Positions 1 through 15,113 of a stretch of DNA of 64,000 nt are shown in pieces. Numbering within the stretch: the first letter of the stretch is position 1; each line of letters begins with the position of its first letter. Both the position numbers and the translations under genes were made by a program. This DNA is from Calcarisporiella thermophila CBS 279.70 (lineage: Eukaryota; Fungi; Calcarisporiellomycota): the NCBI RefSeq assembly GCF_041956535.1, contig NW_027192196.1:452921-516920 (forward strand), in the 5' to 3' direction. A model generated the notes under the pieces. That model saw nothing but the letters and a program-made list of their open reading frames with translations, was not told the origin of the DNA and ran no database searches.

Positions 1-2249
1 ACTCAATAATGTAACCCAGAGCTTCAGTGAGAAACCAGGCAAGTCGGAAATTATTTTGATCCGAGAGTAAAAATGTAGGGGTAGTGAAGGAACTAAAAAG
101 CGCAATAAGCTTATTGGAGCAAGAGGCTGATAGCTGTTTAACATATGGTGAGATATTTGTGATTGTCAGGATAAGGGCGGGATAGAGGGAGTGAAGCGCA
201 TTTTTGGTGGTGGCAATAAGAGTATGAATAGACTATGGAATATTAAAAGAATCAATAATATAGCGCTATGTAAAAAAAAAAAAATACTAAGTATCGAGGA
301 AAACCTACTATTATCAGGAAATCTGCATAAGTTCCGTGAAATGCAGGGATACGAATGTTCGGAGGAAGCGATGCATGTCCATAAAATGTGTTGTTAAGTT
401 TGATACCAAAATTTCTATCCGCGGAGAGGGTTTGCAGCATGAAAACACACATGGATACGAGCCCAAGTTGTGTGTGGTCCAGTTTATACTCAAGGATATA
501 GTATAGCAGGACTACCAGCAAATCGAGAACTCGATCTGTTTCTAGTAAATAGTCTCGGAATCTCTTTAAATGTATCAAATATAAGTTGGGGATTTATATT
601 CAACATCAAAGCATAAAAGATTACTTTGTTAACTTCGAGCAGTTTCCAGCAGAGGATCAACATTTCATTATAGCAACGAGTGTGCTTAGTAGAGCCTGGG
701 AGATATGTATTATTTGCCTAAAGATATAGAGTTATATTAATTGGAATAATTTAAAGAGAATAGAATTGAATGTACAAAATACCTGCATCGGGTTGCTTAA
801 GATCGTCAATATCCCATCAGTAATAAACTGAAAGTTCTGTGCAGAATGTAATCGCCCAGTATAAAATCGAAATGCGTTATCATTGCTCTTATCATAGTTA
901 ATTTTTGCAATCTTAGAAGATGATGTTTCGACAGGGGGAGACTTTGAAAAATTAGCTGACATATTCTCATCTATTGGTGACTCTATTTTGTCAACGGTGG
1001 TCTCAGTCTCGCCAACAGCCACAGCTAATCCTGGAGTCCGATAGTCTAAGAGGGCAACTAGCGTTTGCAAACAAAGAATTACGAAATGTTCGCGTTGATC
1101 GGCAAACATTACGTGATTGTATGGAATACCCCATCCTAGTGGGTTGTATTTAACGGCTGTGTTGAGTAAACTGCAGAGAACTAGAGGAATTCGGAAAGAC
1201 TCAGATAATTGCGTTTGTTGTACAGAAGAAAACTATTAAAACTTACGTGAAAGCACTATTTTTCGTTCCGTCTTAGCTACAGCATAGTGAATCCATTTAT
1301 TTTCTCCTGATAGAATCTCACTTGGCGACATATAGATTGATTTAGACATGAGAACAAGGAATAGTTGGAGGATTTCGGCCTTGTTTGAGTCCAACACTTT
1401 CGAAGACCCTATAGGAGTAGAAGCACCAACCCCTGACTCCCAAATAACATAATTTACTCGCGAGTTTTCAGTCGCAAAATTCGATGGGATGGTAAAGCCA
1501 GAGAAGAACATAAGAGATATTACGCCTAAAAAATGATTAAACCTATCAACTTAATATCAACTCATTGCTCTATAATTTCAATCGTACCGGCTATTAGTCT
1601 CTCTCCAAGTGAAGGTATCGAATTTATTATATTAATATCTTTGTAATCCTAAGAGATAATGTAAGCTTCATGCTAATAAATAGTTTAATTGGATAAATGA
1701 ACTTACCTCCACCATGTTATTCTCATTGCTATTCTGTCTTGATATCCTCTCCTCTGTCCAAAAGAAATTGTTTTCCCACTCATGACAAAGTTCCTTAGAT
1801 TCGAAAACGAAGGGCATTAAACGTGTTAAAACACGTATACAATTTAGCAAGTGCTGGGTTGGGTATTCTTCAGAAGGGAAATTCTTGACATTTATGAATG
1901 AAAGTAAGCGCTCGATCACTTTTTTTAGTAGTGTTTCAAGATTCTCGCGTGCTTCTACAATTCTTCGGACATCAGAAGCCGGAAAAGAGACAGAAAAAAT
2001 ATCATCTGGTAAAGCCCAGAACTGCAAGGAATGTTATTGGCATTTGATTAAAGAATGCCACGGTTCTTTAAATAAATGATTACCTGAGCCCAGAATTCCT
2101 CCTCTAATGGCGAAATGTTCTGAGAAAACATGACAATGATCAGAAAATCCATAAGAAGCAAGTAGTACTGTAAAACAAAGACCTACACGTTCTTCAAATA
2201 GTCTGAGAACTGCTCTACGGAAGTCTAGTTTTGTGGGTTGATTGCCCAT
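1..2249 (-). CDS. HID1: HID1/Ecm30 family protein (multi-exon; 3' end runs off the left edge)
   Basis: N-terminus MGNQPTKLDFRRAVLRLFEE (Gly2, myristoylation-like). Exons encode FWALPDDIFS, LLNCIRVLTRLMPFVFE, IWESGVG, NPLGWGIPYNHV, NAFRFYTGRLH and QTLSADRNFGIKLN, all typical of HID1/Ecm30. Confidence 0.85.
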
Positions 2250-2453
2250 ATTTGCCTTTTTTTTTTTGTAAAGAACACAGAAATTTAACGATAGATTAAG
2301 CTATGAATGCGAAAATCAAGTCACACCCCAAAAAGATTCCGTGACAGCTAAAAAAAAAAGAAAGTGGCTCTCTATCTTCTCAAAGCGTTACTTTTCTTCT
2401 TCTGCTCGAGATACCCAGCGCAAAAGAACAGAAGAAGAGGGGAATTCAGGAGA

Positions 2454-5400
2454 ATGGACACAATAGGATCCGAGCACACAGATACGCTCACGTCCTTGGG
2501 GACATTCATCGTCTACTCACTAGTTGTAGTGTTCCTGGTAGTGTTCTTTCTCTTCTATTCTAGTAGGCTCCTTGCGGAAGCACTCTCTCGACTCATCCGC
2601 GCCTACACCTGGAGAAAATACCACGTTTATATCGATATAGGTATTTATCATATTGGCTTGACTTTTTTATAAATGCTTATTATTTTTCATCAACGTAGAA
2701 TCGATTCAATTCGCGCTTCTGGGCGGACGTATACTTTTTAAAAATGTGCGATATCTCTCAACCAATCAGTCAATATATATTTTAAAGGGACATATCACAT
2801 TTCGCTATTGGCTATGGAATGTGCGACGAGAAACTGACTGGGATGATCGTCCCTCAGCAACACTTGGTAAGGCATATTATTTTAGTTTCTTACCATAAAA
2901 TGAACATGATAATAATTAAATCTGACTAGCCAAAATGATTCCGTGTCGTATTGTCCTAAACGTGCAAGGTCTTGAATGGTTCATGTATAACCGGACTCCA
3001 GCGTATCGCGCACTCGAAAAAATTCTAGGATTATCGAATGAAAATGAGGATGAGAGTAGTCAAAATGGAGATATTAATACAACAAGTAAGGCATAAAATC
3101 GATGGAATTCACTGTGAATCAATTTTAATAATTATTTTATTTATTTATTTATTTTAGTACACTTGGATGATATACTACCTGATGAACCGCCAAGAAGTGA
3201 AGTAGATACTTTATTTCGTCGATTAATGCCAGTAGAAATCGACTGTGAGCGCGGGGCCGTACTCCTCGGAAACTCTGATACCCCGTCCACTCTGATCATA
3301 CAATTTGACCAAGCTATTGGCACATATACTACAGTAAAAGTAAGTTTAATCAGTTGGTTTACTTCATAAATGTAATTAATACTTCTAATTTAATTAAGGC
3401 ACGGTCGGTGTTTGATCATTATAAAACTATGCTCAATCTCTCGTTCCGAGCTCCAAAAGTCAATTTGCGCTATAACCCTGATTATAAGGAGCCACATATC
3501 TCTCGAGCAGTAAGAGAAAGACAAGCCAGGAAAAAGTATGTACTATTTGCAATATCCATGATCTTAAAGTAAATCTAATAGCTATGTTTATGAAAATAGA
3601 AGAAATAAAATAACATTTGGGAATATAATAAGATGGCTTTTTCCTGCTACAAAAAACGAAAACTGGAATCGAATGGAGTATGCGCTTGAAGACTGGACTG
3701 GACTCGCTCGATATCGAGATGGAGATGATCCACTACGACGGGAAAATAAATGGGCGGAAGAATACGCTCGCGTAGCCACATTATTAGAATGCATCGAATT
3801 GGAGTTGGACTACTACGCGGATGTACCAGGTTAGTCTTTATCAATACGTTAGACTTCCAATAAAAGCATTGACATATTATGTTTTTTCAGGCAATGTCCC
3901 AAGAAATGGCCTACCGTTAAATAACGCAAACGAGATAGATATTGGGAATGGAGATTCTTCACCTGAGTGGGGAGTTGATATAACTTTACATGGCGGAATG
4001 ATTCATTATGGTCCGTGGACAGACCGGCAAAGGTAGAAAATTATTTATCCTATTAATTTGAAATTTTGACATAAAGATTATTTGTTTTTTGCGTCGTAGA
4101 TCACTTCTGCAAAACTTTTTCTTTCCTCAATCTTACCGTAATGTCCAGAAAACAAAACGTCTTCGTCCAGGCCAACAACGTATGCACACCGGAATTAAAT
4201 TTACTATTCAGACTGATACAGATCTCACCTTTCGAATTCCAATGAAAGAACCTTCAAAAGTAAACTTAAATGCTTTTTATTTTTTTCGGTTGTTATCTTA
4301 AATTTACACTTGATTCTTATATCTAGGATTGGAAATACTATGCAGGAAATGGCCCAGATGCCGCCATTGCTGGGAGTGCAACACGCCCCTATGGGTGGAT
4401 TGAGATTAAAGCGGCTAAAGGTTCATCAGTCGAAGTAAACATCCCGTTCGTTGCTGATGAGAACGGATATTCATCAGTAGTGGATGTACAAATCAACTAT
4501 CCCGTTTTAGTGACAAGCACTAATTATGCTACCTTCCTGAACGCGAATCGACTACGGGTTCATATCGATATGCATAATCAGCTCGTATGGAATGCTCCAA
4601 AAAAGTGGACGTTCGATATATCATTGCACCGACCTAAATTCTATCTATTAAGAGATCACATATTCTTGCTGACGGATATGATAAAAGACTGGTCATCTGG
4701 GCCTTCAGCAGACTTGATGCATTACATTCCTACGCGTTATGAATTTAAAATTACTTGTATCCATCCTCATATCAATCTCTATGTCAATGAACACAACATT
4801 ATTAACAATCCGAGCGAAATCGATGATAATGGTGAAAATTTTAGCGTTTATTATTGCTTATTTTTTTCTTTACCGACTTTTTTTTTAGTCATTTTTCATC
4901 ATCAAAAGTCAACGGTTAGAAGCTAACGTCCTCTTACCGTTTGTCAAGTACAATCCGCAATCAACAAGAATTAAGTTTTCAGTGGAGGTAAGTTTACTTT
5001 ACGATGGTATCTCGTTACCTGACATTTTGATGATACTCAAACTAATATTCTCCTCAAGATAACGAAAGCGAAGCTTATGATGTCTTTCCCCACATCACAT
5101 ACACTTGCTACTTTTCTCTCTGATGAAAGTAAGAATTTTGGCAGTCTAGTCAGCTTACACCTTGACGGCGAATACGAGTTTTTCAGTCGCGCAAGTCAGT
5201 CGAACTTGGAATCGTTGAATTTGAACATCAAGGTGAACAACTCTTCATCATATATTGTGTAAAATGTTTGATATGATAGTTAAATCGTGTTTTTTTCTTC
5301 GTATAGGGCAAAGGCGCGAATCTAAAGCTTTTTGGGTTTATTTTGCGCTATTTCCTAATTGTCTATACCAACTACTTCGGTCAATTCGTTAACTTTGTAA

Positions 5401-8400
5401 CACTGGAAGAATATCGAACACGACGGGAGCGAAACAGTATGGAGATAGACATGGCGCGACAACAAGCTTGCAGAGTAAAAAAACAAGCTTTTTTTCGGAT
5501 TTTAGAATTTTTATTCAGATTTTGTATTCTAGGGACCGAAGGATCCATTTGAAGTTCATGTACTGCTCTGTTTAGAGGATTCTACAGTGATTCTCCCAGA
5601 AAACCTCTATGACTGCGACAACGCATCAATGATTGAAGTGCAAGAGGCCCAGATGGAATTGAGGAATCTCGATATATATATGGGTAAATATGTGATTTTT
5701 TCTGTTTTTGCAAAATTGAAGTGGATATATTAACATTGTTTTGTTTATTCAGACATGAATGTCAATTTTAGTCCAATGATTTGGACGCGATATGCTCCAA
5801 TTGTTTCTGACAAGAAATCGGTCATCAAAGTCAAAACACCTAGGGATTATCAATCTAATTTCATTCACATTGATGGTATTTTCTAGAATGATTAAATGGA
5901 TACTGTGTAATTACTCATTTTTTTTTTTAGATCTCACAATCCATGGACATCGTCTATATGGCCCTGCTCCACGAACGCTTACCTATGTTGCAAGCTACGA
6001 GTTTAATATTGGCACAGTATCGGGGTGTGTTAAGCCATCTTTTCTCCTAGGTTTAGCGAATTTTGGGCAGGCTTTTGTATATAATATGCGTGATGAAGAG
6101 AATGCACTACCTCCTGAGTTTGCTGTGCCACCTCTTCCTGATGCTACTTTTCTCAACTTATCGGTCATGGAGATAGATATATCAGTATGGGGGCAAAACA
6201 GTGCAACCCAGTTGCATATGAAGGACGGACTACGAGTCGAACATGATACCCTAGTAAACGAGCGCTATACAGACAAGTCCGATATTATTATTCCGCATAT
6301 AGTTTTACGGAGCGTAGCGTCCACTGAGCGAACAGATGGTAATATGGAGCCATTTAAGGTATGGGATAAATATTGAGAATTGAATAATACTCAATATTTG
6401 ACTATGGTTATTATTTAGACTTCGGCAACTGATGATTATCCATGGGCAGAAGTTGCAAACTTAAGCTCTGCGCTAAATATTTCCATCTACAAAACTGCAA
6501 ACGATTGGAAGGAGATGCGTGATCGTCAACAAAATTATATTCGTAGCCAAGATTGCGAGACTCGGCGCTGCCCATTCTTATATGGCGGTGAAATTGATCG
6601 TGAGAGCCGTTCACAGCGGACTACATACAGTTTCCATGTTGGGACACTATATGCTCCACCGCTTGTGAATAAGTATGCTGGCGCAGAATATTTGGATCTT
6701 TATTATGGCGATGCTGATGCTTGGCCAACCGAAACTCCTGCTATATCACCAAAACCTAATTCCCCCTCGGTATATGAAAAGAACATTTTTGAGAAGGCTT
6801 TTCTTTCTGAATGGCTTCCATCGTTGGAAGATAAGGTATCACTGTTTGACCGTCCTGCTTCAGGCGACAGTGATTCGAGTGATGGCTCGTTTGTAACTGC
6901 ATCTGACGGAGACGCTCCCCAACCCCAAGATTTGGAAGATTTAGCGAACGAAATTGAATCATTCGATAGCGAGTATAGTAGGGAGGAAGAAGATGAATAT
7001 AATGAGCAGCAAAAAGGTGAATTCGGAGAGTATAGTGGTAAATATCTCGTTTATTATATTCTTTTTATTTCATAAATTAAAATCGAATAATTTTAAAATA
7101 GACGCTGAATCCGACTTGACGGACACTTCTTTGCGTACCGTCAAGCCACCTCTTGGTATGCTTCCAACTATTCCCTATAAAAGTTATTTACGGCGTTATC
7201 GCGTACATTACCGATCTCCACCTACGACTTCCTATCACAACTCTTTCATTCCTCCGCCACGGACTTCATTTGTTTCCGCAATTTCTTCTTTTGGACGCTT
7301 GGATGAAAGCGATGACGAATCCTTTACATACACTAAAGGTTCACAAACTTCTCAAGAATTTCTGGAAGGCCTGGATGAAATGGAAGACGCTTCCCAATAT
7401 ACCCAGGATGAAAATGAGGATGACGAAAGTTCGCTGGATAATGAATCGCAGACCACTGTTGTCTTTGAGACATTAGGTGAATTGAAAGTCTTACTTACGC
7501 CAATATTTGTGAAAATTGTGCAAGAGTTTACAGAAGCAATTATTGCTGAGGTATAATTTGCTCATTCATGAGATATATTACCTATCATACTCATCTTTCT
7601 ACTTTTTAGGACTGGGATATGGAAACAATGCTAGATACCTCCCAGATGAAGTATGTTGGGAAACTCACCCGCTTTCTTTCCGACAAATTCAAGTCAATGC
7701 GATTCGTTTTGACAATACCTCGCGTACATCTGTATTTCATCCAGGACGTAATGCTACCAGCAGATTTGACCGCTCCTGCTGACGAACATACAGGAATCAG
7801 GACTCGATATGATCGTTCTGACACTGTTTTATGTACCGTTGATATTATTCTCGATAATCTGCGAGTTTCAGGTGGTATCCGCTCCGAGGATCTTGCCTTT
7901 AGCGAACAACGTAAAAGCATTGCTGAATCTAAACTTAAGACGATGGAGTTACGTGTCATGCTTGATTTCGATCGGTTTGCAGCACACGTTCGCTTTGTCG
8001 GATCAAGCTCAATTGGTATATTCGGAATTCCAGAAACACGTCAAAAATTCCGCGGCTTTACGGCTGACTTCGGAGTCATATCTGAACCAGTTATCCTCGA
8101 AGTATTGATTCATAAGCTTAAGTTCCGCTGCCTGGGTCGTATGAAGCCAAACTATATACGGCTGGATATAGACGATGTGTCCTCCACATTTATTGATCAA
8201 TCTGCTGAAATTCTTACGGGAGCGACTTATTCTTGGCTTGCATTCATGCAGGACTTGGAGACTATTCTTGCCTCATTCAAGCAGCGACGATCTACACAGC
8301 TGCAGATGCTCGTTGCTGAAATTGCTCGCTTCTCACAGGGTACTTCACCCACTTCTGATCCGGCATTTCTCAACAGGCCCTCCAATGTACTCCGCCTCGG

Positions 8401-11400
8401 CTCTCGAAATTTCCGCAATGATGATGGGTGGAAGCTAATGGCTCACATGAGACATTGCTTGCGATTAATGCCCCGATCATTAAAAGACACGCTCCGCAAG
8501 CAACTTTCTGCACCTCGTTTGACTGTTAACTCAGAACAGCTTTACCAGTTGGTGGTCGAAGAGTTTTCCAAATGGAGAAGCTGGGAAATTGATGACATCT
8601 CACGTTGCCGACTCATAATGCAAGTGTTTCCGCAAATCGCACAGGTTGTCAAACCAGCTCCAGCAATAGATGATGTATATACCATCCAGCGTTTCCTTGT
8701 AAACTCGAACAATTTTGGCCATTTCGGTATCAAAAGCTTCAGTATATGCTTATTAGAAGAGCAGTATGAGAACAAGGTATCCTTTGGGCAAATGGATGTT
8801 CACATCGAGAGTAGTTTCCACTCTGATCCGACCAGCCAATTATCTGAGGGCATACGCAGAAGTCTTGATCAAGAAAGTAGACGTAGCGGTCGCGGAAGAA
8901 GACCCTCCTTATCTGGTGGATATTTGGATATGGTGGCAACTTTCCATCTTCATCAACTGGATGTGGTGGCCAATCCCAACTTAATTGCATTTGCGAAACA
9001 CATGCTCCGAGTTCATCGTGTGTTCACTACGGCACTAAATACTCTTTATAGCGGATCGGTTTATCCTCCATATTCGACAGCACCTTCAACCTCCGCGGCT
9101 GTAGTGCGCACTTCACCTCATGACCGTAGTGTGCAAAAGAAGCTCGATCTTAGTAAAATCGTCGAGGGGTTGGATTTAGTCGCACATGGGCTTGTGATAG
9201 TACAATCCACTAAGATCTCTGCCTATGCGCAGAACCTCATCATGCAAACACAATTCACAAATGTGAATGCGTCTGCGCTTTTTAATAATTCACGTGCCCT
9301 ACCTTCAGGAGATCGCAGCGATGCAGACAGTTCTTCTTTTGTGCGCAGTTCACAGCGTGGATCAAAGCGTTCTGGCATGCCTCCGAATCGTTTGATCTTT
9401 TCAACCGTGGGCGGTATCGGGAATGCAACCCTCGAAATTAAAGAACAAGCGTTTGTTGCATCCACTACCTCAGGATTGCGTGTTAATACGCTCATGTCAG
9501 TGGAGCTATCTCAGCTGAGCTTGGAATATGCACTGAGTCATCAACTACATTCCCGTGGTACATCTACATCATCATCTACCAATATCAGACAGCGCACTTC
9601 TGATATCGCACGCGAGATTGTAAATGTGCTCTGCACTGTGCGCAGTCTCTCAATCCATTTGCCACAGAGTTTGCTCAAATTGTATAACTTTGTTGAGGAC
9701 TGGCGATCTGAAAATTTGCCTCGCTATGATTTTTGGTTGCGTCGTCTTATGGATGAGTGGGAAGAACAGAAACGGCTAATGAGCAAACCAGCCTCTCCTG
9801 AAGCGGAACGCTTGAATCAATTGCATCAGGAACAACTATCCCAGCAACAACAGCAACAATCACTGCAGCAGCAACCGGATGGCCTACATCCTGTGAAACC
9901 ACCTCGAGCTCTTAAAGTTCAGGCACTTCTCAAAACTTTTATTTTCGAATCAGATTTGCTTCCTTCACTTCGTCTTCGATACCAGCTCTGGGATGCCTTC
10001 GCTTTAGTACAGCATGGCAGACAATTGTCTACTCCATCAATTGACTCTGCCCCCATTATCCTTAGTTACATGGGTCAGTTATCTTGCCAAGAAGTGAAAT
10101 TTTTGCCGCGAGAAAAACGGAAAAGTAAGAAAAAAGTGCGACTGGGAGATGAACTGCCACCCTCAGAGCAGTTGACTCAGATGGCATCGTTCACCATTCC
10201 AGCGATCCGCGCAATTGGCAAGGTACATGATGTGGACCAGCTGAAGCGAGATGTGCAACGCTTATCCGGCAAAAATACCCTCGCACAAGAGCAAAATCAA
10301 TCAAAGGCCAAAGGAAATAAGTCGAGGCTAGATTCGTCAATTACCCTCGACTTCGTAGATCTCACACTCAACGTCACTGTCATTGACCATATATTAACTG
10401 CGCACACACTTGTTGGGAGCGAAATCAACGACTTGGTGGATCTTTTCTTGTTCTCAAAAAAGAAACTTCAGGATAAAAAGGTCTCAGTGGCTCCTAAAGA
10501 CACTCCTAAAGCCGATAGCACATTTTTATATTCTCTGAAGATATCACTTCAAGGCCTTCGTATTGCTGCCGTGAGCCCAACCGCCTTATCCGTTTTTGAG
10601 GCAAATCTCTTGAGTGGTTTTGTAACCAATGACCTCGCGCCTAGAATTGCAGGATCTATGCAGCACCAGGATTTGGCATGGAAGTTCTCTGCGCAAAATC
10701 TTTCACTTTCGCTTAAACACAACACCGATCTTTTCCACGACGCAACTCAAGACGACGTTCGTCAGAAAAGACATCGTCTTGCATACATCGTGATTGATCT
10801 TGCGCTCCAGAATTATGCGAATAACGATGAACAATTTGGATCTGTCGCTATATCATCAATTAAATCGAACCAGGAGAATAATGCTCTGGTATCTGGCGGG
10901 GAGTTAATTTATCTTCAGTTTTTCAAAATCCATGCTGTAATGCAACCTGTCGCAGTGGGCAAGCTAGCTGATCTCTATATATACTACAGTCAGGAACTCA
11001 ATCGTCGCCGTCAGATGCGTTCAAGTGAACTTACACAGCTCGCTGAGAACACTCGTCGTGTATTGCGCTCCCTTAATGTCGAACTACCTAAATACAAACA
11101 AACAAGCAAATCACTATGGGAAAAGATTGGAATATCTATTCAGATTAACAATCTTGCGATCGCAGTCCCTCTTGACACACAACAAGAAGTGGGCATTACT
11201 GGTTCCGAAAACAATACCACTACAAATAAGTCTACTTTCTGGCGCCGTAATGAGATTGGTGCGTTCCTGGTATCGGTACATATGATTGATTTTGTAACAC
11301 ATCAATGGATCAAAACCGCCGGTCGTATGACGGATTTCTGTGTACTTTTCGTAAACGAGTTTGACCAGGGCTGTGAAGATCATTTTTCGCCTCATGCCCA

Positions 11401-14400
11401 TCCCAAAATCAATCGCCTACTGCTCCCGGAAATTTCATGTGAAGTAAATACAATCACCCCAGGTGAGGCCAAGAAACGGATTACTATTGATGCACGTGTC
11501 CGCGGGTTTGAGGTGGATGTTGACGGAAAAATCGTCAACCATTTCAACGCACTAATTGGCATCTACCGTACAAGTGTTGAACGCGTTAACGCGCTTACAA
11601 ATGAGTCCAACTTGATACTTGCGGAAAATAAAGCAAAAGAGGAAGAGCAAATCCCAGCCACTCTATCCCCCGAGCTGACATCTTCCCCCTCGCCTTCTGC
11701 TTTTACATCTCCCTCTCCAGTTACACCTACTGCTGGAGACTCCTCAATGCTGGTTTGGTTAGATGTCGAAGCAGCCTTCCATTGTTCCGCCGGCGAATGT
11801 AGACTCTATACACGCAACCGCGCGCAGCGACATATGCAACGACAATCTACATCAGCTACCATGTTCTCACCAACCTCCACAATCTCACACTCGCGAGGAT
11901 GGACATCTGGAGGTCGCAAGACCCTCGGCAGCCTATCGAATTACTCCTCAATGAGCTTTGAAGATTCAGAGCGATTACCTGATTCTGGAATCGACGTGAT
12001 CATAATCCCTGGAATGAGCATGTGGGTAGTCTTCCAGACTCCAATGGGTGCGCGAGCCAATACCATTACAGATCCATCAGCTCGAAAAGCTTTTGCAGAA
12101 ATTATGGTACATCCAAGTGAAAACATCTTCTATCCCTCACTTCTGGTATTTGTCCGCGAGTTCATGAACGGTCTCAAATTTGATATGCAGCAAGCCAGTG
12201 ACCAGAAAGCACTTTCAATGCAAGAAGGAAAACCGCTTTCTCCGTCACTTGTATCTGGAGCTAACCTCAGTCTATACTTACGTTTGTCACGTACCCGACT
12301 CGATTTTAGCTGTCAGCCAACATCTAAGGTAGTTTGCACGGCCAATTGGGAAGAAGGAAATTTCTTGCTTATGTCTACGGAGGATGCAAATGGTCACAGC
12401 GTATCTTGTATGGGGAAAATTCGAGGTGTTTCCGCCAACGTGCGCCATACATTTTCTCCGGAAGATTGTCTCCGTGCCGAGACTAAAGACATTGTCTTCA
12501 ATGGTAGTCTTATAAGCCGACGTGGTGATTTAGTTAATGATGATTCTATCTCGTTAATTATCGATGCGCCTGAGATATCAACAGATCTAAACGTCAGGCA
12601 TCTACAAGATCTATTGATGCTGATTGCCATTTGGAGTCGGCCACTTGAAGAACCATTACAAAATCTCAGAACAACACCTCCATCGTCTCGCCGCTCTCAG
12701 ATGAATTTTGCAAGGTCACCTTCCGCAGACATCACAAACTCTACTCCTACACAGTCCCGTGGTTCCACACAACTTAATCCTTTCGGCAAATTCATTGCCC
12801 TCCGTCTACGAAAACTCGAGCTTTCAAGCGATCTTGGCCAAGCGATTGGACGGGTTACATTTTCTACTGATACTATTAGCGTGCGTACTAGTCACATTCC
12901 AGGACAAATTAAAGGGCTCACAGCTTCAATTCGCCAATTGGATATCAAAGCTGAGGGACGTCTTTCTGGTACGGCAAGCATGGGAGGTCTACTCATTGAT
13001 GGTGCAGTTCAATTGCCCAATTTGCAACAAGACATGAACGAGCAAACTGCTTTTTCACGACTGCTTTTCCAGACTGAACGTATTACAGCACTTTTGGATT
13101 ATGAGTACCAGAAAATATTGGCAATGACAATTGACCCGATAGTGCTGAAAGCATCAGACTCCTGGTCTGGCTCAACGGACACTCCTACTATGCACGTTGA
13201 GGTAATCTTGGAAATGAATCACGTAGAAGCCTTGGGCTCAATCAAGACCGTACCGATCTGGATCACCATGTCGGACAAGCTGTTGGCACTTATTGAAGAG
13301 AAGCGGCTTTATGCAGAAAATTCAGTAAAAAACACTGCGCGACCTGTTCCTACCTCCAAATCTGATTTTGGGGAAGGAGCAGGAACTACTAAGTCGACTG
13401 GGACTCAACCTATGCCTTCATCTGTAGAACCGACCTCACCCGACGAAACTGACGGAGAGTTTGCATCATTTTCATCTTTGGAAAGTGACTTTACTATGCG
13501 TGGTGTTCGGGTTTCCCCTGTAGCTAAAGGAAAAGCACTGTTGCACACTGCGAGTGTTACAGTGTTTCCTAATCAGTTCTACGATCCTGATTGTGTGCAG
13601 GTGCGTGCACGCGATATGGCCGTAGATCTAACTCGTGATGCTCATGAGAAGCAGCGTATTCACCGACTACTCGATATGCGACTGCAAGATGTCACTTTGT
13701 CTAAAGGAACCTGTCCTCGTAAGCTATCTCGCAAAGACGAAGCAAGCCTCAACCTTGAACAGTGGCTAGAGCATGTTCGCACCACCTCTTCCAAAATAAT
13801 TCTTGCAATACCACCTACAACTTCATTTATGGAGTCGTGGCGTCGGCAAGGGGATCCAACTGTCGACCATCGCTTTATTACCAAATTTAATGGAGGTGTA
13901 GACATTGCACTTAATATCGGCCTGATCAAGTATTTACAAGACATGGGTCAGCTGTATAAGGAGCAGATCAATAAAGGTAAGATGGCGGGTGTAGTTGACA
14001 TAATGCGTTCGCCGACGATTGTTCCTGGGTCACCAGCACTCTCCGACAATAAAGGCGCATCTGATGAAGATTCAAAAGGAGAGCCGTTGAATGAGTCTGT
14101 TAAGGTTGAGGAAAAGGATGCACCTATATCTAGTCTTAAGGATCAATCCTCTTTACCGAGTGCTTCGACTTCGACTAAGAAAGATAAGGGTGCTTCAAAT
14201 TCTGGCAAGTCGGAAACGTCTGGGCGCACAATTATCGGCAGGCAAACAACCCAGGATTCTGACTCGATCAATAAGCAATCGATTGACAGAGATATGTCAT
14301 CCAAAGGCAGTAGAGACAACTTGTCCAAGGATAAAGCGAAAGGAAAAGCCGTTCCTTCTGCAATCACTATACCTGGAGGTGATTCCACAACTCGTCGTAG

Positions 14401-14662
14401 ACGCACAGAACTACACTTTAATGCAATAGAGCCAGTGCAACTTGATCCACAGCTCCGTATTATGGGTGACGCAACTCCTCCTTTGGAATGGGTTGGCGTA
14501 CAACGCAAGACTATTCCTGCTTTCGTGTATAACACGGTCTCTTCTCAACTTGATGGTATCCTTATGGTAGTGTTAAGTTTATATGCTTCGCAACTTCGGG
14601 ATTTAATGGCTGGACGAAAGCCAGAACGAGAACCAGAACGAGAACCAGAACGAGAACAGTAA
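2454..14662 (+). CDS. CSF1: Csf1/BLTP1 (KIAA1109/Tweek) bridge-like lipid transfer protein, >3000 aa, many 5' exons and one ~7 kb terminal exon
   Basis: N-terminal TM helix, then IDIESIQFALLGGRILFKNVRY, GHITFRYWLWNVR, GLEWFMYNRTPAY, PEWGVDITLHGGMIHYGPWTDRQR and LLRDHIFLLTDMIKDW. C-terminal PQLRIMGDATPPLEWVG motif lies in the 2347-aa ORF. Confidence 0.93.
14621..14656 (+). repeat. 12-bp tandem repeat (CCAGAACGAGAA)x3 encoding PERE repeats at the Csf1 C-terminus
   Basis: Three exact copies read directly just before the stop codon. Confidence 0.95.
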
Positions 14663-15113
14663 ATAATTACTTTTTCTATTTGGTTATACATTTATTTTTA
14701 TATATTTTGCTTTATTTTTTTTTTTTGTCGATTTACTAACATTTGTGAACGATATCCATAATGATTTTGAATAATAACTGATTTTGCACGTATCTCAGTT
14801 TAGGACAAAATTTCATTCTATCGAGTCAAATTCAATTTTTACCGACTCTCAAAATAAACAAACAAAAATAAACCAACGGCTTCTTACCCCTCTCTCTTTT
14901 TTTTTGTAAGGCATTCTCTCTCAATAGAAAACAGAGAACAAGTCGGATTCGCAAAGATCAGTCTAAGATCCTTTTCTCCACTTAATCTCACCCCTCGCCC
15001 CCACTCTCACCGCTTTTCCACCTTTTTTTTCTTTCTCTCCTCTTCCATCGCCCTTTTATTCAAACCATTTCTCATAAATACGATCTTAACGTAATCAACT
15101 ACTAATCAGCTAG

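Noticed and set aside
8777-8786. U12-type 5' splice consensus GTATCCTTT inside CSF1 (also within a GID4 exon near 42870 and ATATCCTTT near 41600 on the minus strand)
   Set aside because: The two coding cases lie in uninterrupted reading frames, and no TCCTTAAC-type branch with a suitable acceptor follows the UTR case.
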